This document shows positions 44,557 through 64,000 of a stretch of DNA of 64,000 nucleotides, piece after piece. The translations under genes and the position numbers were made by a program. The DNA is from Eledone cirrhosa (Eukaryota): assembly GCA_964016885.1 (NCBI GenBank), contig CAXHJY010000780.1:35656-99655 (forward strand). The letters are read 5' to 3'. Within the stretch, counting starts at the first letter, position 1; each line of letters opens with the position of its first letter. The notes under the pieces were generated by a model that searched no databases, was not told where the DNA came from, and was given only the letters and a program-made list of their open reading frames with translations.

Positions 44557-45195
44557 TGTCAGGTCACCAGTTGGTGCTACTGGTAACATGTATCCCAGTA
44601 CAACCTGTCTCATGGTCGGGTCGTTGGCGACTAAACTGGCAACCCCACCAAGGTTTCTTGGTGAGGAGGGTGACTTTGGACATCCTGCAGGACTAAAAAC
44701 AAAACCTGTCAAAGGGCAAAGGAGCTCTTAAGAGTCAATGGCCATCCAAAATCACCGGGAGAGATGACCCCTTTAGCCTTAGTCAAGGCAGAATTCTAGG
44801 AGAAGGAAAACTCTGATATAACACCTGCAACCCTGATGGTATCCAATGATGTTGACTTGTTCTTCTTTTTGGTAAATAGCATCTTGGTTAAGAGAGTGGG
44901 ACTGGCTTTGTGCAGTGCCTTTGCTCACTATAAAAGCTTCACGGCACAGGCATTGCTTTATATCTGGAGATCTCTCTGCACTTGTCCTCACATGGGCCCA
45001 GCACTATGTGTCAATGATTGTCCTACCATGGGCCTAGCACTATGTGTCAATGATTGTCACAGGTGTTGTGTTTGTACCAGAGGTTTCAAGTCGCTGGCTG
45101 GACTAAAAAGTCACACTCGTTCAGCGCTTCGGTAGGGGTTATCCTACATGGATGTAAAGTAGTGGCCGTACTCGAAAACGAGTTGGCAGCCACCA
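44557..45195 (+). mobile_element. Non-autonomous RTE derivative (copy 4, with an internal ~36 bp duplication)
   Basis: ORF 44836-45135 ends [23 protein letters not shown]. Confidence 0.75.
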
Positions 45196-46043
45196 TATAT
45201 GTATGTATATATGTATGTATATATATATGTATGTATATATGTATGTATATATATATGTATGTATATATGTATGTATATATGTATGTATATATGTATGTAT
45301 ATATGTATGTATATGTATGTATATATGTATGTATATATGTATGTATATATGTATGTATATATGTATGTATATATGTATGTATGTATGTATATATGTATGT
45401 ATATATGTATGTATATATGTATGTATATATATATATATGTATATATGTATGTATATATATATATATGTATATATGTATGTATGTATATATATATGTATAT
45501 ATGTATGTATGTATATATGTATGTATGTATATATGTATGTATGTATATATGTATGTATGTATGTATGTATATATGTATGTATATATGTATGTATATATGT
45601 ATGTATATATGTATGTATATATGTATGTATATATGTATGTATATATGTATGTATATATGTATGTATATATGTATGTATATATGTATGTATATATGTATGT
45701 ATATATGTATGTATATATGTATGTATATATGTATGTATATATGTATGTATATATGTATGTATATATGTATGTATATATGTATGTATATATGTATGTATAT
45801 ATGTATGTATATATGTATGTATATATGTATGTATATATGTATGTATATATGTATGTATATATGTATGTATATATGTATGTATATGTATGTATATATGTAT
45901 ATGTATGTATATATATATGTATATGTATGTATATATGTATGTATATATATATATGTATGTATATATATGTGTATGTATATATATGTGTATGTATATATAT
46001 GTATATGTATGTATATATATATATATGTATATATGTATATGTA

Positions 46044-46076
<33 letters not shown>

Positions 46077-46142
46077 ATGTATGTATATATATATATATGT
46101 ATATATGTATATGTATGTATATATATATATATGTATGTATAT

Positions 46143-46173
<31 letters not shown>

Positions 46174-46222
46174 TATGTATGTATATATATATATATGTAT
46201 GTGTATATGTATATGTATGTAT

Positions 46223-46263
<41 letters not shown>

Positions 46264-47450
46264 TATGTATATGTATGTATATATATATATGTATATGTAT
46301 GTATATATATATATGTATATGTATGTATATATATATATGTATATGTATATATATATATGTATATGTATGTATATATATATATGTATATGTATGTATATAT
46401 ATATATGTATATATATATATGTATATGTATGTATATATATATATGTATATGTATGTATATATATATATGTATATGTATATATATATGTATATGTATGTAT
46501 ATATATATATGTATATGTATGTATATATATATATGTATATGTATGTATATATATATATGTATATGTATGTATATATATATATGTATGTATATATATATAT
46601 GTATATGTATGTATATATATATATGTATGTATATATATATATGTATATGTATGTATATATATATATGTATGTATATATATATATGTATGTATATATATAT
46701 ATGTATATGTATGTATATATATATATGTATATGTATGTATATATATATATGTATATGTATGTATATATATATATGTATATGTATATATATATATGTATAT
46801 GTATGTATATATATATATGTATGTATATATATATATGTATATGTATGTATATATATATATGTATATGTATGTATATATATATATGTATATGTATGTATAT
46901 ATATATATGTATATGTATGTATATATATATATGTATATGTATGTATATATATATATGTATATGTATGTATATATATATATGTATATGTATGTATATATAT
47001 ATATGTATATGTATGTATATATATATATGTATATGTATGTATATATATATATGTATATGTATGTATATATATATATGTATGTATATATATATATGTATAT
47101 GTATGTATATATGTATATGTATGTATATATATATATGTATATGTATGTATATATATATATGTATATGTATGTATATATATATATGTATATGTATGTATAT
47201 ATATATATGTATATGTATGTATATATATATATGTATATGTATGTATATATATATATGTATATGTATGTATATATGTATATGTATATGTATGTATATATGT
47301 ATATGTATGTATATATGTATATGTATGTGTATATATATATGTATATGTATGTGTATATATATATGTATATGTATGTATATATATATATGTATATGTATGT
47401 ATATATATATATGTATATGTATATATATATATATGTATATGTATGTATAT

Positions 47451-47482
<32 letters not shown>

Positions 47483-47723
47483 GTATATGTATATATATAT
47501 ATGTATATATATATGTATATATATATGTATATATATATGTATATATATGTATGTATATATATATGTATATATATGTATGTATATATATATGTATATATAT
47601 GTATGTATATATATATGTATATATATATGTATATATATGTATGTATATATATATGTATATATATATGTATATATATGTATGTATATATATATATGTATAT
47701 ATATGTATGTATATATATATATG

Positions 47724-47763
<40 letters not shown>

Positions 47764-47885
47764 TATGTATATATATATGTATATGTATATGTATGTATAT
47801 GTATATATATATGTATGTATATGTATATATATATGTATATATATGTATGTATATATATATGTATATATATGTATATATATATGAA
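45196..47885. repeat. (TATG)n/(TA)n compound microsatellite
   Basis: Directly visible in the sequence. Confidence 0.95.
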
Positions 47886-48098
47886 TATATAAGAATATTT
47901 TGTGCTTCATTATAACAAAAACAACAATAAAAACAATAATAACAGCAAGTATTAACAACAACAATAATAATAACAATAATAATAATTATTATAATAATTT
48001 GATTCTTAGGGTCCTTTTTTTTTTATCACTCAACTTCTTTTGAAATATTTTGAAATTGTTTAATATTTTTTGAAATATTTTTTTAAAAATATTTTTAA

Positions 48099-50420
48099 TC
48101 CATTAACATTTAAACCGGTTATATCCAGCCAGAATTCTCTCACCTCTTTCTGTTCAAAACTGCCACTCATACCTATGTTAAGGTATTGTTCTCAAAATAA
48201 ATAACATCAAAATCTCGTAGATTCAATATTATGTGAGGTAAAGACTTTACTGTGAAAATACAATAGTATATATAGAGTAATGTAAATGTTATGTGAGATA
48301 TTATGTGAGGTAAAGCCTTTACTGTGAAAATATAATAGTATATATAGAGTAATGTGAGATATTATGTGAGGTAAAGCCTTTACTGTGACAATACAATAGT
48401 ATATATAGAGTAATGTAAATGTTATGTGAGATATTATGTGAGGTAAAGCCTTTACTGTGACAATACAATAGTATATATAGAGTAATGTAAATGTTATGTG
48501 AGATATTATGTGAGGTAAAGCCTTTACTGTGACAATACAATAGTATATATAGAGTAATGTAAATGTTATGTGAGATATTATGTGAGGTAAAGCCTTTACT
48601 GTGAAAATATAATAGTATATATAGAGTAATGTGAGATATTATGTGAGGTAAAGCCTTTACTGTGACAATACAATAGTATATATAGAGTAATGTAAATGTT
48701 ATGTGAGGTAAAGCCTTTACTGTGACAATACAATAGTATATATAGAGTAATGTAAATGTTATGTGTGATATTATGTGAGGTAAAGCCTTTACTGTGAAAA
48801 TACAATAGTATATATAGAGTAATGTAAATGTTATGTGAGATATTATGTGAGGTAAAGCCTTTACTGTGACAATACAATAGTATATATAGAGTAATGTAAA
48901 TGTTATGTGAGATATTATGTGAGGTAAAGACTTTACTGTGAAAATACAATAGTATATATAGAGTAATGTAAATGTTATGTGAGATATTATGTGAGGTAAA
49001 GACTTTACTGTGAAAATACAATAGTATATATAGAGTAATGTAAATGTTATGTGTGATATTATGTGAGGTAAAGCCTTTACTGTGAAAATACAATAGTATA
49101 TATAGAGTAATGTAAATGTTATGTGAGATATTATGTGAGGTAAAGCCTTTACTGTGAAAATACAATAGTATATATAGAGTAATGTAAATGTTATGTGAGA
49201 TATTATGTGAGGTAAATACTTTACTGTGAAAATACAATAGTATATATAGAGTAATGTAAATGTTATGTGAGATATTATGTGAGGTAAAGCCTTTACTGTG
49301 AAAATACAATAGTATATATAGAGTAATGTAAATGTTATATGAGATATTATGTGAGGTAAAGCCTTTACTGTGAAAATACAATAGTATATATAGAGTAATG
49401 TAAATGTTATGAGATATTATGTGAGGTAAAGCCTTTACTGTGAAAATATAATAGTATATATAGAGTAATGTAAATGTTATGTGAGATATTATGTGAGGTA
49501 AAGCCTTTACTGTGACAATACAATAGTATATATAGAGTAATGTAAATGTTATGTGAGATATTATGTGAGGTAAAGCCTTTACTGTGACAATACAATAGTA
49601 TATATAGAGTAATGTAAATGTTATGTGAGATATTATGTGAGGTAAAGACTTTACTGTGAAAATACAATAGTATATATAGAGTAATGTAAATGTTATGTGA
49701 GATATTATGTGAGGTAAAGACTTTACTGTGAAAATACAATAGTATATATAGAGTAATGTAAATGTTATGTGTGATATTATGTGAGGTAAAGCCTTTACTG
49801 TGAAAATACAATAGTATATATAGAGTAATGTAAATGTTATGTGAGATATTATGTGAGGTAAAGCCTTTACTGTGAAAATACAATAGTATATATAGAGTAA
49901 TGTAAATGTTATGTGAGATATTATGTGAGGTAAATACTTTACTGTGAAAATACAATAGTATATATAGAGTAATGTAAATGTTATGTGAGATATTATGTGA
50001 GGTAAAGCCTTTACTGTGAAAATACAATAGTATATATAGAGTAATGTAAATGTTATATGAGATATTATGTGAGGTAAAGCCTTTACTGTGAAAATACAAT
50101 AGTATATATAGAGTAATGTAAATGTTATGTGAGATATTATGTGAGGTAAAGCCTTTACTGTGACAATACAATAGTATATATAGAGTAATGTAAATGTTAT
50201 GTGAGATATTATGTGAGGTAAAGCCTTTACTGTGAAAATACAATAGTATATATAGAGTAATGTAAATGTTATGTGAGATATTATGTGAGGTAAAGCCTTT
50301 ACTGTGACAATACAATAGTATATATAGAGTAATGTAAATGTTATGTGAGATATTATGTGAGGTAAAGCCTTTACTGTGAAAATATAATAGTATATATAGA
50401 GCAATGTAGATGCTAAAGGC
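48099..50420. mobile_element. piggyBac-like MITE expanded by ~30 copies of the 72 bp internal repeat
   Basis: The left flank is homologous to 7894-8030 and the right end is ATGCTAAAGGC|TTAA. The array spans 48226-50405. Confidence 0.72.
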
Positions 50421-50704
50421 TTAAATATGTCTGCATGTATGCATGAATTAGAATCTTTTGGCAAGTGGAGACTTTCGAAAAAAGATTTAAAAGTTTCCAT
50501 CATATATGACTACAGGAAAAAGTATAATATTAGAAGCTATGAAATCCTTCACATTTTATGGGTCATTTTTTTTTTCCATTATGAAGGCTGATACATTTTC
50601 TTTTTTTTTATTTATTCATTTTTTTTTTTTTTTTTTACTTTGATAAATAAAATAAATAAAATACCAGTCTAATACTTCTTTTTCACTGTCTCTCTCTCTC
50701 CAAA

Positions 50705-51600
<896 letters not shown>

Positions 51601-51854
51601 TCCGGGTAAATTATCAACACATATATTTTTATTGTTTGACCCAAATTACTTGATCGTTTTTTCGCTGTGCGGATGATTTGTTTAACCATCATCTCAGTGT
51701 GTTTGGCCCTTAACGTATGTTGTAGCTCTGATTCACATGATTCATCGAGCGCTTGCCACACATATCGGATGATTCATCGAGCGCTTGCCACACATATCGG
51801 ATGTTGATTTTCGTTAATTCCTGAGCTGAAATACGATTCTCGCTAATTTATATT

Positions 51855-51908
<54 letters not shown>

Positions 51909-52080
51909 TATATATATTGCCAGAATTAATAACAGAACACTCACTGTTTAGTTGGTTTTCGCTTCTGTTTTTTTTTATATCGGTAATCTAACTTACTCGG
52001 TCCTCAATGTTGCCATTGACTGACCAACGGTAAAAAATAATACAGATACAATATAGACACAAACACATATATATAGTTTA

Positions 52081-52120
52081 TCAAAGTTCTTTCGTTGCAC
52101 ATCTGCAACATCGTCAGTGG
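52081..52120 (-). ncRNA. Hammerhead-like motif (diverged sister copy at 54063-54103)
   Basis: Reverse complement: CCA CTGACGA T-GTTGCA-GATG-TGCAAC GAAAG AA CTT TGA. Confidence 0.6.
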
Positions 52121-52177
52121 TGCTATTGTTTCCTCCCGTTGCATTGTATGTCTACGCCATATAAATATATATATATA

Positions 52178-52212
<35 letters not shown>

Positions 52213-52370
52213 GTAGGTGAGTAATATTGTAGAACAATAAAACTAAGCATATATCAGATAAGTAGGACTCCACAGATGGTAGAACTGGAGATTATATTAA
52301 AGAAGAAATTAAAAGATGGTTAAAAAAGTTCCATATAGTTTATTATGCGCATTTCCATCTTTTAATTTCT

Positions 52371-52415
<45 letters not shown>

Positions 52416-52512
52416 AGTTTATCCTGTGTTCAATCAGGGGTAACCACAGTAAGTAAGGTACTCAATACATAGCAGAGTATAAATATTTAATATATTTAAA
52501 TAACAGTCAGCT

Positions 52513-52557
52513 TTCCTGATGATTTCCTCCAAATGAAACAGTTCTAGTCATGTAGAA
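52513..52557 (+). ncRNA. Hammerhead motif, same family as 4765-4817
   Basis: TTC CTGATGA TTTCCTCCAAAT GAAACA GTTCTAGTCA TGTA GAA. Confidence 0.65.
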
Positions 52558-52777
52558 GTGATTTCTATATTATATATATATACATATATATATATTGTTA
52601 TACTTGGGGAGGGTCATATTGTTGTGATAATATTGCCAGAATTACCTCGCAAAACTAATTCATCGCCGTCATATATTTATGTGTGTGTGTGTGTGTGTGT
52701 GTGTAAAAGGTAAACAGAAATAACACAGTATATGGAAGGAATATATTAGGTTAATGCTTGAAATAGCAGGAAGAGGG

Positions 52778-52813
52778 TCTTAACGTTTCGGACGCTAGTC
52801 CTTCATCAGAAGA
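52778..52813 (-). ncRNA. Minimal hammerhead motif
   Basis: Reverse complement: TCTT CTGATGA A-GGAC-TAGC-GTCC GAAAC GTT AAGA. Stem III is the palindrome AACGTT. Confidence 0.75.
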
Positions 52814-53867
52814 AAGAAGTCAGAACTGGAGTGGTGCGGAATCTGTCAGGTTTATAATGAAAAGTTCAGGACAGAATCACTCACTTGAGGGGGGAGTTTC
52901 TTCTCTGAAGACCTTCTGCTGTCCAGCACTCCTGAGGGTTCTTTGCTCCTGGGGTCCATTTTTTTCTCTCTCTCCATTTATATATTTATATATTTAAATA
53001 TACAGTCAGACCTGGTGTAAAGTGGACTCTGCAGGTTTAAAATGCCCCAAAATACAAAGTCTGGTCTCCCCTGGGGTTTAATAATGTTCAGAAGACAAAA
53101 TACTTTGTAAATATTTGTTCCACTCCTCAGCTCGCTGAGTTCAATTCCTGCAGAGGACAACAACAAATTTTATTTTTTTAATTTGTATTTACTTTTAGTT
53201 TAATAGTTAAAATACCAGAATAGTATTGGGGTTCATTCTTCCTCTTTTTGAGTGTCTCTGTCTCTTGCACGTATAGTGAATAGTCACTTCCACAATTATA
53301 GGCTTTCTGATGGAGTGTGATAAATAATTAAGTATTGCATATGATTGAACAATATATATTGTAGTCAGCATATGTAGTGGATTATAATAAACAACGAAAC
53401 ATATGTTATAGCAAATAAATTCTTAATTTCCTTCACACCAACGTTTTATCTTTCTTGTGCAATTCTTGCTTATATATCATCATCATCATCGTTTAACGTC
53501 CATCTTCCACGCTAGCAATGGGTTAGACGGTTTTGTTCCATTTGAAGCGGGAATGGTCCGGAGTGATTTAGTTATATGGTGGGTTATTTCATTTTAATTT
53601 ATCCTTTTAATTATAATGTATTTCCCAAACCTTTCATAGTTTATGTTTTTCACTCGAGTTGTCTTATACCCCCTGTAATTGAAAACACACTCTCTATATT
53701 GTATTTTGAAGTGCCCAGGAATTTTTTCCTTTGAGCTCATTAAATTACAGGGATATACACAAGTCCTTTACTCTGTTGCTTTACTTCATATAAGGCAGAA
53801 TGCTTTGCTAGTATTTGTTCCAGGTCTCAGAGTTCAAATCCCATCATATTTTTTCTGGTTCTTTCTG

Positions 53868-53898
<31 letters not shown>

Positions 53899-54221
53899 TG
53901 AGCTTGATAAATGTTCAAGAAACACCAGATAAAATACTGTGTAGTCCTTATTCCACCTTTCTGCTCTCTGGCTTCAAATCCCGTTGAGGACAACATCACA
54001 TTTAATTTTTTTAATTTGTAATTTTTTTTTTTTAGTTTGATAGATAGTACATATATAATTTCTCAAAGTTCTTTTGTCACACACCTGCGACATCCTCAGT
54101 GATGTTATTGCGTTTCCTCTCATTCTATTACTGTTTATAACAATATATATCGACAGTCGATCGACATTCGTCAAATCGGACCGAGGAAACAATGTTTCCG
54201 TTGGTCTTTCCAATTGCTAGT

Positions 54222-54330
54222 AGAAGGAGCAACGTGAAATAAAGTGACATAACGCATCGCCCGGTCCGGGAATCGAACTCACAACCTCACGATTAGGAAT
54301 CCAATTCTCTAACCACTCAGCCACACGCCT
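54222..54330 (-). mobile_element. tRNA-like SINE head (related to family A)
   Basis: Reverse complement: GTGGCTGAGTGGTTAGAG...GTGAGTTCGATTCCCGG (A and B boxes). Confidence 0.75.
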
Positions 54331-54334
54331 TCAC

Positions 54335-54493
<159 letters not shown>

Positions 54494-55134
54494 TATTTAC
54501 GTATCGAGAGAGAGAAAAAAAAGGGAGGATAGGTGATACATATAGTTATTTGCCAAGTAGCGTATGCCCAAGGTGCTCGATACTAGTGCCGGCAGTGTTA
54601 ATATTTAGTGGGCTAGAGAGTTAGCAGAGCGTAAGCACGTGGGAAAGTAAGAAATCTGAGAAAAGACCGTTAAAACATGTTTATTTAAAACAGCACCTAC
54701 GTACGTTTCGCCCAGTTGGGCTTCTCAAGAGCATAAATAATCAAGTGTTCCTTACATTGCTCGGAAAGAGTTTTGGGGTTAAATCCACGTCAAGGTTCAT
54801 TGCTCGCAAAAATAGCTTGTTTTGATTTTGCAGCAGGTCAAGGGAGGTAACTCTGGCCGGTGTTAGGGCAGTCTTTCCCGGACAAATTTTTTTATCCACT
54901 ACGAGATGAAGTTACAACCTTACCATTGTCGATAAGCATGTAAAGTATATAAATATATATAATTCAAAGAGAGAACAAACAGGGGTACAAAAGTCTTATT
55001 AATTTCATGCTTTATATTGGAAAGAGGAAAGAAAGTTTGATGTGTCGGGTTTAGCTCTTCTTCAGGAGTACAAATATATATAATTTATGTTAGGCTGTTT
55101 ACCAATGGGTAGAACTGGTGGATATGGTTGGTAA

Positions 55135-55615
55135 ATAATTGTTTCTACTTTTGGCACAAGGCCAGCAATCACCCAGTGTATTACTGGTACTTTATTTTAT
55201 CGACCCCGTAATAATTGTTTCTACTTTTGGCACAAGGCCAGCAATTAACTAGTGTATTACTGGTACTTTATTTTATCGATCCCATAATAATTGTTTCTAC
55301 TTTTGGCACAAGGCCAGCAATTACCCAGTGTATTACTGGTACTTTATTTTATCGACCCCATAATAATTGTTTCTACTTTTGGCACAAGGCCAGCAATTAC
55401 CCCAGTGTATTACTGGTACTTTATTTCATCGACCCCGTAATAATTGTTTCTACTTTTGGCACAAGGCCAGCAATTACCCAGTACATTACTGGTACTAAAT
55501 TTTATCGACCCCGTAAGGATGAAAGGCAAAGTTAACCTCGGCGGGATTTGAACTCAGACTGTAAAGGGACGTAACTCTATGCTAGAAACCATGACGTCCG
55601 ACCCTCTACCGATAC
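55135..55615 (-). mobile_element. SINE family B with ~5 tandem copies of its 3' ~75 bp
   Basis: Same structure as 9341-10395. Confidence 0.85.
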
Positions 55616-55745
55616 TGTGACGATGCTTAAACAATCATTCGCACAGCCAAAAAATACGATCAAGTAATTCGGGTCAAACAAATAAAAATATATATGATTG
55701 AAAAATTTACCCGGACTAAATATATATATATATATATATATATAT

Positions 55746-55790
55746 AGCTTTGATAAGTACCAAAAAGTACGAAACAGAGCTCTGTCAGCT
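55746..55790 (+). ncRNA. Hammerhead ribozyme motif, U3-A8 core variant
   Basis: AGCT TTGATAA GTAC-CAAAAA-GTAC GAAAC AGAGCTCT GTC AGCT. Confidence 0.8.
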
Positions 55791-55904
55791 TCATCTCCCT
55801 CTGTTTGCTGAAAATTTAAAGCAAGTGAGACTGTCACTACTCTAAAACAATAGCGTAAGGTCTTCGAAATGCTTTTAATTAAGCATACAGTGTATTGCAA
55901 AACA

Positions 55905-55946
<42 letters not shown>

Positions 55947-56032
55947 TCTTTTACTCTTTTACCTGTTTCAGCCATCCGGCTGAGGCCATGCTGGGGCACC
56001 GCCCTTAGATATATATATATATATATATATAA

Positions 56033-56670
56033 TCACCCAGCCCACACTGTAAAGTGGTCGTGGAGGTGCCACGGCAAAAAAGGACCCAGCACTCACTGTA
56101 AAGTGGTCGTGGAGGTGCCGCAGCAAAAAAGCACCCAGCACTCACTGTAAAGTGGTCGTGGAGGTGCCGCAGCAAAAAAGCACCCAGCCCACACTGTAAA
56201 GTGGACGTGGAGGTGCCATGGCAAAAAAGCACCCAGCACTCACTGTAAAGTGGTCGTGGAGGTGCCATGGCAAAAAAGCACCCAGCACTCACTGTAAAGT
56301 GGTCGTGGAGGTGCCATGGCAAAAAAGCACCCAGCACTCACTGTAAAGTGGTCGTGGAGGTGCCATGGCAAAAAAAGCACCCAGCACTCACTGTAAAGTG
56401 GTCGTGGAGGTGCCACGGCAAAAAAGCACCCAGCACTCACTGTAAAGTGGTCGTGGAGGTGCCATGGCAAAAAAGCACCCAGCACTCACTGTAAAGTGGT
56501 CGTGGAGGTGCCACGGCAAAAAAGCACCCAGCCCACACTGTAAATGAGGTTGGTGTTAGGAAGGGCATCCAGCTGTAGAAAGAAATCAAGCCACAATTAG
56601 TTCCTGTCCCACCCTTGCAAGCAGGGAAAAAGTGGGCGTTAAATGAAATGATGATGATGATGATGATGAT
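56033..56670 (+). mobile_element. 5'-truncated SINE family A with ~10 units of the 49 bp repeat
   Basis: Same unit and tail as 24061-25360. Confidence 0.85.
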
Positions 56671-56974
56671 ATATATATTTATCAAAATAAAAGATTAAAG
56701 TTTAAGCAAAGAATCGCTGCTTTCACCCTTAACGGGATCTTCTGATATACACACATATGTCTTTGTGATATTGATGATAGGGTGCCAGGCATCAAACAGT
56801 CATGTGACAGCTGTTTGGGCTGCAGAGCAATGCACTGACTGACCCAGCCCTTCTCCACCACCACCAAACATTCCGGGAGGGAGGGGGAGGGGGGCAGTGT
56901 ATAATACAGAAAGTGTGCGTTTGAAAAAGACAGTGACTGGGGTGAGATGGAGTGGGAGAGAGTGATCAGAACAT

Positions 56975-64000
<7,026 letters not shown>

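Noticed and set aside
39813-45195. Apparent LTR retrotransposon (direct repeats flanking an RT)
   Set aside because: The RT is non-LTR CR1-type and antisense to the repeats. The flanking repeats are independent, diverged RTE-derived copies separated from it by microsatellites and also occur alone.
55035-55072. CTGAAGA motif on the - strand
   Set aside because: GAAA is replaced by GACA and the stems are weak; too degenerate to call.

Overview
This is AT-rich, repeat-saturated eukaryotic (animal) DNA. The SINE and RTE-tail motifs resemble those I associate with octopus or other molluscs, which is inference only. No intact host gene is recognisable, and nearly all listed ORFs are microsatellite or minisatellite artefacts. 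The recognisable content is: (i) decayed LINEs (a frameshifted CR1-type RT, plus Tx1-like and RTE-like 3' fragments); (ii) two tRNA-derived SINE families, a 4-copy internally deleted RTE derivative, a solo LTR, a non-autonomous Helitron and piggyBac-like MITEs; (iii) at least five tandem arrays visibly built from pieces of those elements; and (iv) most notably, about 10 unrelated short non-coding elements sitting in or near (TA)n tracts, often as long palindromes, which together carry some 15 hammerhead ribozyme motifs. The hammerheads include canonical, U3-A8 variant, stem-II-less and stem-II-expanded forms, typical of Penelope-like pseudo-LTRs or retrozymes. One further palindromic family has no hammerhead but carries a covarying multi-hairpin motif. 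All folds were derived by eye and coordinates are approximate to within a few bases.
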